A stretch of DNA of 64,000 nt from Candidatus Aenigmatarchaeota archaeon (GCA_043802485.1 JAZDKZ010000007.1:66048-130047), one strand, 5' to 3'; numbered from the stretch's first letter, positions 39,110 to 49,500 are shown. Program-made: numbers and translations. The notes: generated from the letters alone by a model not told the origin.

Positions 39110-39544
39110 ATGAACAAATCAGTCAAGGTGTTCTTCATAATTCTCGCCATAGCCTTTGTTACCACCAATTATATGGAGCAATATAAGGAGCAGCGCGTCA
39201 CCGACATCATAGACGGGGACACGATAAAGATCGGCTACAACTCGATAAGGCTCATAGGCATCGATGCTCCTGAAACGAATGAACAATGCTACGAAGAAGC
39301 GAAGGAAATGTTGGAAGATTTGGTGAAGCATGAACTTGTAAGGCTTGAGAAAGATACCAAAGACAAAGACGATTACGGAAGATTGTTGAGGTATGTCTAT
39401 GTTAACGACATACTTGTCAATAAAGAGATGGTTAGATTGGGTTTGGCAAAGTTCAATGAGATGCAACCTAACACAAAATATTCTGAAATTATTTTGGAAG
39501 CTGAGAACAACGCGAAGAATGCTGGAAGATGTTTGTGGGAATAA
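39110..39544 (+). CDS. Thermonuclease (SNase-like) with a signal/TM helix
   Basis: IIDGDT, IRLIGIDAPE, DDYGRLLRYVY, LVNKEMVRLGLA. Confidence 0.93.
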   Translation: MNKSVKVFFIILAIAFVTTNYMEQYKEQRVTDIIDGDTIKIGYNSIRLIGIDAPETNEQCYEEAKEMLEDLVKHELVRLEKDTKDKDDYGRLLRYVYVNDILVNKEMVRLGLAKFNEMQPNTKYSEIILEAENNAKNAGRCLWE

Positions 39545-39552
39545 TTAATCCA

Positions 39553-39831
39553 TCATTCATCTTCTTCATTCTTGCCCCAAAAATCATCGGCTTCCTTTTC
39601 CATTTTATAAAGCCTAGTATAATAGTCAGGGAACTCGTTCAGGTGCGCAAGAGCAATCTTGCCTGTCATCAAAGAATCGTCGTCTGTCACATTGGTGTTA
39701 GAATCAACCAACCCATGCTCCAATTCGACATCCATGCCCATTCTTAATTGCTCGACATCGAACTTGGTCCAGTCAATGCCCAGCATCTCTCCGATTTTTT
39801 TGGCCTCTTCAGCAGTAAATTTTTCTCTCAT
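39553..39831 (-). CDS. DUF5661-family protein
   Basis: GMDVELEHG...KIALAHLNEFPDYYTRLYKME. Confidence 0.85.
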   Translation of the reverse strand: MREKFTAEEAKKIGEMLGIDWTKFDVEQLRMGMDVELEHGLVDSNTNVTDDDSLMTGKIALAHLNEFPDYYTRLYKMEKEADDFWGKNEEDE

Positions 39832-39853
39832 ACTAGAAATATGGAAGCAGAAC

Positions 39854-40606
39854 TTAAATAGCGTGCGCCTTGTTCCAGAATTCCTCGAACTTGTCCTTGT
39901 AATCTGTCTTGCAGTTCAGGAACCATATGCCCTTCTCGTTCTCGTCCATGGTCATGCCGTGCTTCTCATCAACAACTATCAGGTAAGGCAGAGCCCTTCC
40001 CAACCGCATCTCTATGTTTATCTTCCTAAGCTTCTCTATCATGGGCGGGAACATCTCCGACGCTATCACTCGTATCTTGACTCCCCTTTCCACAGCACGC
40101 TTGATCGCCTCTAGCAGAACAATGTCTTCAAAGAACTTTTTGGTGGTAATCAGTATCTCATTAGTGGCAACATCAAAAAGAAAAGCAGCCCTTCTTTCAA
40201 ACCCTTCATCATACTGCTCGTAGGCCTTCTCTCCCTGCCATATGATCTTGCCCCTGATGTCAATGAATTCGTCATAGGTTTTTTCTATCTTTGAAAACAA
40301 CTCTCTTAATCTTATGTAATCCTTTGAAACATAGCTCATTATCCTTGGGAAAGGGTTTGTTGACATTGTCAGCCAGAAGACCTTGTTCTTGTCCTGACCG
40401 GATTCGACCAGCCCCTTTTTTTCCAGAGAATAAAGGTACTTGTAGGCGTTGGTTACAGACATGCCTGCCTCGATTGCTATGGTGTTGGCAGTGGCCTTTA
40501 CCAACTCCCTGTTGGCAAGCTTCAGCATGGATCGAACAATCCTTATCTCCAGATCATCGAATTGCTTGCTGTCTTTGAGCATGGAACAGAACTCGTTTGT
40601 TTCCAT
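39854..40606 (-). CDS. TrmB-family transcriptional regulator
   Basis: N-terminal wHTH (YKYLYSLEKKGLVE) plus PLD-like effector domain (AVERGVKIRVI). Confidence 0.85.
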   Translation of the reverse strand: METNEFCSMLKDSKQFDDLEIRIVRSMLKLANRELVKATANTIAIEAGMSVTNAYKYLYSLEKKGLVESGQDKNKVFWLTMSTNPFPRIMSYVSKDYIRLRELFSKIEKTYDEFIDIRGKIIWQGEKAYEQYDEGFERRAAFLFDVATNEILITTKKFFEDIVLLEAIKRAVERGVKIRVIASEMFPPMIEKLRKINIEMRLGRALPYLIVVDEKHGMTMDENEKGIWFLNCKTDYKDKFEEFWNKAHAI

Positions 40607-40657
40607 GTTTTATAATTGAGGTTATAAATATATAAATAACTTCTTGCAATTAATGGC

Positions 40658-41284
40658 ATGAAAGACAATGATTTCGCAATAGTAAGCTATTCTGCAAAGG
40701 TTAAGGAAACCAACCAACAGGTAGACAAAGCTGACAAGGTGCCTATGATAGTGAAGACAGGTTACCTGTTAAAGGGACTGGAAGAGCCTTTGAAAGCCAT
40801 GAATGTCGGTGACAAGAAGACAGTCGAGATAGCCCCTGAGAACGCGTTCGGCAAGAGGGACTTTAATCTTATCAAGCTGATTTCTATAGCAGAGTTCAGA
40901 AAGCACGACACCAAGCCCACGCCCGGCATGTTCGTCGAGGCTGACAGGATGAGGGGCAAGGTGCTCTCTGTCTCTGGAGGAAGGGTAAAGGTGGACTTTA
41001 ACCATCCGTTGGCAGGCAAGACCATAGTATACGATTTGGAAATAAACGAGAAGCTTGAGAAAAGCGAGGATAAGATGATGGCGCTGTTCCAGATGTACAC
41101 ACAGATTGACAGAAGCAAGATGAGCGTTGTCATCAATGACAAGCAGGTGGACATCGACGTGCCGCCCATGGTCAACCCGATAGTCAAGAAAAGGATATCA
41201 AACGACATAATCGACCTTCTGGGCTTTGATAAGGTGAGATACATCGAGACATACGAGAAGCCTAAAGAAACGAAACAGGCCTGA
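40658..41284 (+). CDS. FKBP-type peptidyl-prolyl isomerase (long archaeal SlyD-like)
   Basis: KGLEE, PENAFGKRD, GGRVKVDFNHPLAGK. Confidence 0.94.
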   Translation: MKDNDFAIVSYSAKVKETNQQVDKADKVPMIVKTGYLLKGLEEPLKAMNVGDKKTVEIAPENAFGKRDFNLIKLISIAEFRKHDTKPTPGMFVEADRMRGKVLSVSGGRVKVDFNHPLAGKTIVYDLEINEKLEKSEDKMMALFQMYTQIDRSKMSVVINDKQVDIDVPPMVNPIVKKRISNDIIDLLGFDKVRYIETYEKPKETKQA

Positions 41285-41286
41285 TT

Positions 41287-41643
41287 CTAAGCTTTAACCC
41301 AATGGTTTTCTTTTACTTTTTTCATTTCTATTGGTAAAGCATTTTTACTGACCGTTTTATAGTGTTCGCAGATTTTTCTGCACACATTGTCATCTATTTC
41401 TTCACCAGAAACGTTCCCAAGGCTTTTAATCACATCGCTATAAGGACAGACCGCACCTTCTCCACCTGTCAACAAAAAATCATATTGCGTATTAATAGCC
41501 TGTATCAGGCCTTGACCTTTCTTAGTTCTCAATAACTCGGAGATAGCGGTATTATATTCAAGAGGAGGATATGGGCAATAGATAATTTTTTTTTCTTCCT
41601 TCCTTATCACTCTCTTCAGTTCAAGTTCTTCTATTAAAGGCAT
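41287..41643 (-). CDS. Orphan hypothetical protein
   Basis: 118-aa AT-rich ORF filling the gap; four Cys. Confidence 0.55.
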   Translation of the reverse strand: MPLIEELELKRVIRKEEKKIIYCPYPPLEYNTAISELLRTKKGQGLIQAINTQYDFLLTGGEGAVCPYSDVIKSLGNVSGEEIDDNVCRKICEHYKTVSKNALPIEMKKVKENHWVKA

Positions 41644-41747
41644 AGAACAAGTTGCACCGAAAGCTATTTAAATTATATTTTGGGTTATAACAGCATCAAT
41701 CAATTATAAAAATTTAACATGCCAATCATATTACAAGGGTTTTACTA

Positions 41748-42827
41748 ATGGCTTTTAGGAACATCAACGGAAGGGAAAAGATTTCTGATACTGACGAGGA
41801 CTTGAGGAAATTATTGGAGACTAGAAAGGCTGTCATCAAGGTTGTTGGAGTGGGCGGAGCAGGGAACAACACGCTTTCCAGGATGATGCAGGTCGGAATC
41901 GTCGGAGCAGAGATAATAGCAGCCAACACTGATGCCCAGGATTTGCTTTATACTGATGCTGATGAAAAGATTCTTCTCGGCAAGGATTTGACAAGAGGCC
42001 TTGGAGCAGGAGCCGACCCCAAAGTTGGGGGCGAGGCTGCAAGGGAGAGCAGGGAAATGATCAAAGAGTCCTTGCAAGGAGCTGACATGGCGTTCATCAC
42101 ATGCGGCCTTGGCGGCGGAACCGGAACAGGCGCATCACCTGTCATTGCAGAGATTGCCAAGAAATTAGGCTTACTGACCGTGGGCGTTGTCACGCTTCCA
42201 TTCACGATGGAAGGTAAATGCAGGATGGAGAACGCGAGATTCGGCTTGGAAGAGCTGGAGAAGAATGTTGATACTTTAATTGTTATACCCAATGACAAAT
42301 TGTTGGAAGTTGTTCCTGATGTTTCTATCATTACTGCCTTTAAAATCTGCGACGAGATTCTGGTGAACGCTGTGAAAGGCGTGACAGAGCTGGTGACAAA
42401 GCCTGGTTTAGTAAACCTGGACTTTGCAGACATAAAGGCTGTGATGTCAACCGGCGGCCTGGCCATGATCGGTCTGGGCGAATCAAACACAGAGAACAGG
42501 GCGGTCGAGGCAGTTGAGAAAGCCCTTAACAATCCATTGTTGGACGTGGACATAGAGGGAGCATGCGGAGCTTTGGTCAATGTGTCTGGCGGAACCGATG
42601 TTACGATAAGAGAGTGCCAGGAGATTGTCGAGGCCATATCATCAAAGATATCCAACGATGCCAAGATCATCTGGGGAGCTCAGATAGAAAAGGAATTGGG
42701 TGACATGGTCAGAACCCTGATAATCGTGACAGGCGTGAAGCCGAACCAAATATACGGGACAGGTGATTTCTTCTCGTCAGAAAAGCAGCAGCAAATAGAA
42801 AAGATACTGGGCATAGAGTTCCTGTAA
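41748..42827 (+). CDS. ftsZ: Cell division protein FtsZ
   Basis: GVGGAGNN, NTDAQDL, GLGGGTGTG, VNLDFAD. Confidence 0.98.
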   Translation: MAFRNINGREKISDTDEDLRKLLETRKAVIKVVGVGGAGNNTLSRMMQVGIVGAEIIAANTDAQDLLYTDADEKILLGKDLTRGLGAGADPKVGGEAARESREMIKESLQGADMAFITCGLGGGTGTGASPVIAEIAKKLGLLTVGVVTLPFTMEGKCRMENARFGLEELEKNVDTLIVIPNDKLLEVVPDVSIITAFKICDEILVNAVKGVTELVTKPGLVNLDFADIKAVMSTGGLAMIGLGESNTENRAVEAVEKALNNPLLDVDIEGACGALVNVSGGTDVTIRECQEIVEAISSKISNDAKIIWGAQIEKELGDMVRTLIIVTGVKPNQIYGTGDFFSSEKQQQIEKILGIEFL

Positions 42828-42877
42828 AAACAAAAGCATTTAAATAATGTTCTTTACATAGTTTTATTCTAGGTGCT

Positions 42878-43132
42878 TTGATGGAAAATTCTGAACAGCA
42901 AAAAACTGAAGAAAAGCCTAAACATGAAAAGGTCCGCAAGCCAAAGGGGCCTGGCATAGGCTCAAGGATAAAGGGCAAGATAGCCAGCTACAAGAGGGTA
43001 ATTGACATCGCGAGAAAACCTGAGAAGGACGAATTCATCAGCTCGGCAAAGATAACCGGTGCTGGCATAATTTTGCTGGGTTCGATAGGCTTTTTAATAT
43101 TCCTACTATATTTCTTAGTTAGGGCTTTGTGA
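42878..43132 (+). CDS. secE: Protein translocase subunit SecE/Sec61-gamma
   Basis: YKRVIDIARKPEKDEF...GSIGF; conserved ftsZ-secE-spt5-rpl11 order. Confidence 0.93.
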   Translation: MMENSEQQKTEEKPKHEKVRKPKGPGIGSRIKGKIASYKRVIDIARKPEKDEFISSAKITGAGIILLGSIGFLIFLLYFLVRAL

Positions 43133-43581
43133 TAATGATGATTTATACTGTAAGAACAACGGTCGGAAGGGAGAACGCTGTCATCGAGACGCTTGTCAGC
43201 AAGACAAGAAGCAGCTCTCTCAACATAAAGACCGTGTTCCATCCAGGGGAGCTGAAGGGCTATGTTTTCGTGGAAGGGGACGAGGAAGCCATAGACGAAG
43301 TGGTGAAAGCAGTGCCCCATGTGAAGGGCATAATCAAAAAGGAAGTAAAGATAGACGACATTAAAAAGTTCCTGGAGACAAAGAAGTTAGAGATAAAGAT
43401 CAACAGAGGGGACGTCATCGAGGTCACAAGCGGTCCTTTCAAGAACGAAAAGGGCAAGGTGACCAGGGTCGACGAGGCAAAGGAAGAGGTTACGATAGAG
43501 CTTTTGGAAGCCGCCATACCCATACCTATTACCGTTCCTATCGAGTCTGTCAGGGTGACAGAAGCCATAGAAAAGGCATGA
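43129..43581 (+). CDS. spt5: Transcription elongation factor Spt5 (NusG)
   Basis: RTTVGRE, KGYVFVE, KOW motif GDVIEVTSGPFK, IPIPIT. Confidence 0.97.
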   Translation: MIMMIYTVRTTVGRENAVIETLVSKTRSSSLNIKTVFHPGELKGYVFVEGDEEAIDEVVKAVPHVKGIIKKEVKIDDIKKFLETKKLEIKINRGDVIEVTSGPFKNEKGKVTRVDEAKEEVTIELLEAAIPIPITVPIESVRVTEAIEKA

Positions 43582-44084
43582 TGATTATGACAACAATAAA
43601 AGCAGTGGTTCAGGCAGGCAAGGCCAGCGCAGGCCCGCCGCTAGGGCCGAGCCTTGCAACAGCAAAGCTCAACACGAACGAGGTCATTACAGCGATAAAC
43701 GAAAAGACCAAGGACATGGAAGGGTTGCAGGTCCCTGTGACAATAGAGGTCAATTCTCCCACAGACTACAAGATATCTGTTGGAACGCCTTCGATAACAG
43801 CATTGGTAAGAAAGGAGCTGAAGGTCAAGAAGCTGGCAAAGGCGCCTTTCAACGTCTACGAGAAAGAGGAAGTCAAGGAGGAGTTCAAGGAAAGCCTGAC
43901 TTTTGACCAGGTCGTAAAGGTGGCAAAGGTAAAGATGGAGAGCATGAAGACAGATGACCTGAAGAATGCTGTGAAGCAGACTGTCGCTTTCTGCGTAAGC
44001 GCTGGCGTCTATGTCGAGGACAAAAAACCCAAGGATATTTTAGTAGAAATTGACGAAGGCAAGTGGGACGAGAAGATTGTTTAA
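43578..44084 (+). CDS. rpl11: 50S ribosomal protein uL11
   Basis: GKASAGPPLGPSL, INEKT, VPV, GTP, C..AGV. Confidence 0.95.
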   Translation: MMIMTTIKAVVQAGKASAGPPLGPSLATAKLNTNEVITAINEKTKDMEGLQVPVTIEVNSPTDYKISVGTPSITALVRKELKVKKLAKAPFNVYEKEEVKEEFKESLTFDQVVKVAKVKMESMKTDDLKNAVKQTVAFCVSAGVYVEDKKPKDILVEIDEGKWDEKIV

Positions 44085-44115
44085 GGCTTAAATCTTTTTC
44101 TGTCACATAATACTT

Positions 44116-44595
44116 ATGAATTTATCCAAATTGTTTTTCCTGGTGACAGCATTCACGCTGTTCCTGACAGTTGTGCAGCTGTTCGGCTACTGGGTTCTTG
44201 AATTACTGATTATCATGCTCATAATCGACTTTCTCACGCTGACAGCAAGCGTGCAATTGGGCAGCAGAAACCACCCAAAAGGCAACCCGAACGGCAAGGA
44301 CGTTGCCACAAAGCTGGACGCCATAGACAAGAGGTGCACAGAAATCTTCGACAAGGTGAACAATTCTACGCTGGAGACAAAGCTTCAGAAGCATGGAGAG
44401 GACATTACATATATCCTTGACAAGATGGCCAGAAAGACCATGGATCTGGAGGAGAAGATAATAAAGTTCGGCAACGGCATGGTTGACTCAATGGCAGGCC
44501 TGAAGGAAAAGGTTAATGACATTGAAACCAAGAAAGATGGAGATTCTTTCTCCCTAGGCGAGCTGGTCTATGTCAAGGATGAAGAAGATTCTTAA
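44116..44595 (+). CDS. Two-TM plus coiled-coil hypothetical protein
   Basis: N-terminal hydrophobic hairpin, charged helical C-terminus. Confidence 0.75.
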   Translation: MNLSKLFFLVTAFTLFLTVVQLFGYWVLELLIIMLIIDFLTLTASVQLGSRNHPKGNPNGKDVATKLDAIDKRCTEIFDKVNNSTLETKLQKHGEDITYILDKMARKTMDLEEKIIKFGNGMVDSMAGLKEKVNDIETKKDGDSFSLGELVYVKDEEDS

Positions 44596-44617
44596 AGCTT
44601 TTCTTCCAATTAGTGTT

Positions 44618-44890
44618 ATGAAGTATTTTTGGGCTGCCTTTGGGCTGGTGATAGCAGTTTGCATAGCTCAGCTGCTCACCCACATGAGCCTTGAGCTCAC
44701 AATAGTGCTTTTTTCAATAGATTTCATGATTCTGGGGGCAGAACTGCTGAAGAACAGGGCCAACAAGTCGCTAGTAATAATCAAATTGGAAGGCATAGAG
44801 ATGGCCTTTAATGACGCTGCAAGCAGCTTGGTTTCCCCTTCTTTGAAGGCAAAGGGCCAGGAAATCATAGAATGGCTGAACAAATTCTAG
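44618..44890 (+). CDS. Two-TM hypothetical protein, probable paralog of the upstream gene
   Basis: QL...LEL.I....IDF..L shared with 44116-44595; ATG 44618 avoids overlap. Confidence 0.65.
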   Translation: MKYFWAAFGLVIAVCIAQLLTHMSLELTIVLFSIDFMILGAELLKNRANKSLVIIKLEGIEMAFNDAASSLVSPSLKAKGQEIIEWLNKF

Positions 44891-44944
44891 TTTTTTGTAC
44901 GCCAGAAGCCTTGTTCCTATCTATAGATGACAAAATTCCCAAAG

Positions 44945-46268
44945 TGTCGACCTATTGTCGAAGACTGTAGAACTTTTTTCGACTATCAACCCTTGACAGC
45001 ATCATGCCTTCGTCTTCCATCTGCTTCAGGTACTCGTTGCACCTTGTTCTCGACAGTTTGATCAGTTGACTCAACTGGGAAGGCGTGATCTCATTGTACT
45101 TTTGCAGTATCATCTTGATAGCCTCCTTGGTCTTGACGGCTATGGTCCTCTGCTGCAGCTTTATACCTGTCGAAGAAATGGTGTCATCAATATTGAGTAC
45201 TTTGGCCTCTATTCTGTCGATTTTCTGGCCTAAATTCTTCAGTCTCTCAATCTCTAAAGCCATCTGCGCGTAACGCATGTCGAGAAGCTTGACGATTTTC
45301 CTCAGATTTTCCTCTTCGTCATTCTTCGACCTAAAAACAGATTTGAACATGATATATATTCTTTCATTTCCCGATATATAAAATTTCTCGACAATTGATT
45401 TTTTCTCGTATTGTCGATTTTCTGACGGTTTCCTTCTCTTGTCGCCTATAATACCATCGACAGAAAGATTTGTATTACAAAATCTTGGCCAAACGTATTG
45501 TACAATACTGTATATGTGATAGTCGATGGTTAAAAAGGACCCTATAAAATCTATAATTGAAGCCTTGAGGATGAATCCTGAAGGCTTGACGCTTCTTTCT
45601 CTGGCAAGTGTGACAGGGCTGCATCGACACACATGTACAAAATACATCAATGAATTGTTGAAAGCAGATGTTGTCTACCAGCGAGATGTCGGTGTGGCAA
45701 AGCTTTGCTACCTAAAAAAGAAAGTCGAGAATAACGCAGAAGAGGACAGGCTGGTGGCAAGCCTCAAAAAGAAGAGAAGGGGGAAAACCCAGCTAAAGCT
45801 CATGGTTGCTGTCGTTATCCTGACTTTCCTGCTGAGCGAGACAGCAATCATAGCCTACGCAAACAACACCATCCTAAACATGACGAACACGTCGAACATA
45901 AACACAAGCCCCATGACAAGCACATCGAATGTGTCGGATCTTACAGCCTTTTTCAATGAGACATCTGACCTGAATGAGACCGGAAATATTACTGTCGAAC
46001 CGCCGTCAGTTCCGAACCTAACGGATTCTGTCGGAACTGTCGATTATACTAACTATAGCTCAGAAAGCCAAAATAACGGCGAAAATACCACTTTTAACGC
46101 AACTTTTTTGACGGAAAACGTCACCATTTCTAACCAAACAGACGACATGAACACAACTGAGAACCAAACGAATGCGACCGATTTAGGCGCTTCGAACGCG
46201 TCTGACAACCAAAACCAAACAATTGACATCGAAAACCTGCTCAATGGGACATCCATAGGAACTGTCGA
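44945..46268. repeat. Array of TGTCGA/TCGACA hexamers (13 exact copies), putative operator array
   Basis: Copies at 44945, 44956, 45050, 45168, 45215, 45278, 45388, 45412, 45457, 45624, 45993, 46038, 46263; perfect inverted repeat TCGACAAT-N14-ATTGTCGA at 45388-45417. Confidence 0.7.
44952..45350 (-). CDS. Coiled-coil plus C-terminal winged-helix DNA-binding protein (132 aa)
   Basis: Probable start ATG 45350 (MFKSVF); ITPSQLSQLIKLSRTRCNEYLKQMEDEG...RKKFYSL. Confidence 0.85.
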   Translation of the reverse strand: MFKSVFRSKNDEEENLRKIVKLLDMRYAQMALEIERLKNLGQKIDRIEAKVLNIDDTISSTGIKLQQRTIAVKTKEAIKMILQKYNEITPSQLSQLIKLSRTRCNEYLKQMEDEGMMLSRVDSRKKFYSLRQ

Positions 46269-46539
46269 CCCGACATTTGATGTTCAGTTGGTGTATCCCC
46301 AGAGGATAACCAGAGGCGAACTGATTGGGATAAGGGCCGAAGCCTCAACAGACACGTTTGCCAAGAACGTATACCTGAAATGGTTGCTGCCTAAGGGCTT
46401 TGAGATAGTCTCTGGCAATGCCATAGAGGCATGTGATGACATGAACGCCAGTTCCTGCATATCAGAGATAGAGGTTAGGACTGATTTGACTGACATTGGC
46501 CTGAATGACATAAGAGTTGTGATGGAATATGAAAAGTAG
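45526..46539 (+). CDS. Membrane-anchored wHTH protein (wHTH, TM, N-glycosylated linker, Ig-like domain)
   Basis: PEGLTLLSLASVTGLHRHTCTKYINEL...DVGVAKLCYL; TM LMVAVVILTFLL; many NxS/T; C-terminal WLLPKGFEIVSG beta-sandwich. Confidence 0.85.
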   Translation: MVKKDPIKSIIEALRMNPEGLTLLSLASVTGLHRHTCTKYINELLKADVVYQRDVGVAKLCYLKKKVENNAEEDRLVASLKKKRRGKTQLKLMVAVVILTFLLSETAIIAYANNTILNMTNTSNINTSPMTSTSNVSDLTAFFNETSDLNETGNITVEPPSVPNLTDSVGTVDYTNYSSESQNNGENTTFNATFLTENVTISNQTDDMNTTENQTNATDLGASNASDNQNQTIDIENLLNGTSIGTVDPTFDVQLVYPQRITRGELIGIRAEASTDTFAKNVYLKWLLPKGFEIVSGNAIEACDDMNASSCISEIEVRTDLTDIGLNDIRVVMEYEK

Positions 46540-49500
46540 TGCCAAAACAGGACAGAGCCAGCTGCTGATACCTCTGCTGGTCATAATAACCTCTGCAGTG
46601 GTATTCGCTACCAACGTGACCATGAACTGGACCAACCAGACGCCTATAACAGGCTATTACATGGGAATTCCCAATTCTTCTTCGCAGGAATTCTCGTTCA
46701 CGATAGAGGTATGGGCTAACACTTCTATTTCTCTTTCTAAGGAGGGCGACCTCATAAAATCCGTGCTTCTGATGGACAACGGCTCTGCTGTTCCTGGCCA
46801 AAAAATCGATTTCTTCCTGAACAACAGTCCTATTTATTCTGACACAACTGACAAGAACGGTCTGATTGATTTTCCCTTACCTTTCAACGGAACTGCCAGG
46901 GCTGTTTTCTCTGGTGGAAATTATCTGAACCCATCCGAAAACGAGATGGTTTTTGGTGGAAAGGCTGAATCTGTTGTAAAAAGGACTGATTCTTTTGTTC
47001 TCGAGGTTTTGGAGGTAGAGCAGGGCGAGATAAAGATAGGAGAACCTGTCAAATGGATTAGAGAATTCAAACTAACTAACCCGAAAGACAAAGACTCATT
47101 GGCAGAGCTTATCTTGGATATCCCTGACGAGGCCTTCAACATAACAGTTTCTGAGAAGGGTTCGAAGAAGCTGGTGAACATAGCCAAGAAAATCATTAAA
47201 GAGAATCTCAAAGCAGGTGAGAGTAGGGAGTATTTGCTTGAATATTATACAGATTCTCCTGTACTGAACGAGAATCTGATAAGCAGATACAGAAAACTAA
47301 TCAATGTCAGCTCACCCATCCACTACAGCAACGTTCCGGCTTATACTGACATCGAAGAGTCTCCTATAGATTCGATAAGGCTCTACTGGATTAGCGACGG
47401 GCAGAGAATAGACGTCACAGGAGATCCTTTGTACAATGTCAGCTTTGTCGATTCAGACGGGGACGGCCTGATAGACAGGCTGGAATGGAATGTTCCGCAT
47501 CTTTCCGAACAGCTGTTCGAAGTATCAATCACTGTTTTGAATCCATATACATATCTTAAAGATGGAGATAACTGGATAGTAGCCTTTGAAACTGTTGGAA
47601 CTGCGAACCTGACGATTAACTCCACCAACGCAGGCTGGATAGAATTTCTTACCGACAATCTGGAAACCTTTGACGAGATGAGTTTCCTAGATATAAGATG
47701 CGGAGACGCATCTTTGAAGGATTCGCTCCAATTAATTGATTTTTATGGCAATGTCTACAACTACTCTGATTTGTCAGATAACAATTCAATAGAGATAGAA
47801 CATCTATTCATCCAGAATTATTCATGTGATGAAACAGGTTATATCACAAACAACATGATAAGATCTGGTTATGCCACTCTCCAATTTACTTTTGGTGATC
47901 AGACAGCTTTTGCATACGACCCTGCAGTTGTCTGCAACTGGTCTACAGATACTGTGAACTGGGCTGACCAACAGGGTGGTGGTGGTTCTGCATGGGGAGT
48001 TGCGAACACCACTTGGAATGTGGGCACTAACTGTAGCCAAGCTGGTGGTCCTTCTACAGGATGCTATATTGCTAATATATCGATAAACATGTACGGTGCT
48101 TCGGCAAGCCCTGCTTCTGGTGGATTGGGTTTTGTAATATTCAGCAACAATTCGACGCAGTTCTTTCCCATGGCAATAGATAAGACTGGTGCATATACAT
48201 ATGGTCCTGTAGATTCCTGTGGAGCCAGTAACAATCTCACTGGGTCAGGATGGCCGAGTGGTCCACCAAACGCAACTCCAAATACATGCAACCTGAGTTC
48301 TACTAGCCGGTTTAATGTAACAAGGTACACGGTCAATTGGTATATACCAGGTAAAGGTTCGATATCGATACCTACAATTAAATATCAATGGTGCTGGGAA
48401 GACGCGTTTCCAAAACTGGACAATCCTGTTGTAAACGGTAGTCAATCTAGTCATAGCTCTGGATGGGGAAGCACATTCAATTTTTCAGTAGCGTTGTGGG
48501 AACCTCAGAGACAAGAGACGAATGTGAGTCTATGGTATACACAGACCGCTGGAACCGGCTGGATGTTCGCGGGTTCAAGGAATATGACAAACCCGTCGAA
48601 CCAAACACCTGGCAACATGACCAACTTAACAATGAAGTTCCTCTGTACTGGTGGAACAATAACAGATGAATATTCAAATGATTTAGGCGTTTTAGGCGCA
48701 GGCAAATACTACAAGTTCAATGCAACGGATTCAACCTCTAACAAGAATGATACTTACAATACATATGGCAACATATATTTCATACCTACAAAAGACAATG
48801 TAACCGTCACCAACCTTACGCCAACAGCTGACGTGACAATAAACAGAACCGATACAACAAGTTTTGTTGTCAGGGTCTATGATAGCGAAAATCAGAGTTA
48901 TGACGCAGGACAATCAGGAAAGATATGGATATCTACTTATACATACAACCAGAACACAAGCTTCCTGACAAGCACTAATGATACGGGTCATTTGGTACAG
49001 AGCTTTTCTAATGCTGTTTGGTGTGAAGGTGCAGAGACGAATCAATACTACCTTGGGGTGCATCATTGGGGTGGTGGAACAGAAAGTGACTCTTGTGTTA
49101 AAAACAACCTGACAGAAAAATCAAACTTTACTTTGATGGGTAGTTTATATAACACCTTGAATGAGCCAGACGGAACATCAAACTTTACTCAAGACGACAC
49201 GATAGATTTCACAGTCAGTGTATTAGACGATTGTGGTGAAGATAGAAAAATAGATTCTACGGTAAACATAACAATGTCGCATGACGGAACCGAATATTGG
49301 TGCATTGCATCTGCTGCTGGTGAATGTTCCATAGACACTGATATAACGTTTCCAACCGGCTGGTACAATGTCACTGTCGTATCTAATAAAACATACCATA
49401 ATAACGGGTATTCATTGGACCAAGACCTATTCTATCTAGATCCTTACAGAGGCTTCTTCAATGAAACTGTTGACCCGAGCTCTGCTTATTACAGCTACAA

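Noticed and set aside
45351..45650. 100-aa N-terminal extension of ORF 44952-45650
   Set aside because: Overlaps the divergent gene and the promoter region; ATG 45350 has a TATA-like box about 25-30 bp upstream
44945..46268. TGTCGAA as a Spo0A box, or the array as CRISPR
   Set aside because: Archaeal context with no response regulator; hexamers are irregularly spaced and mostly inside CDSs, with no repeat-spacer structure or cas genes
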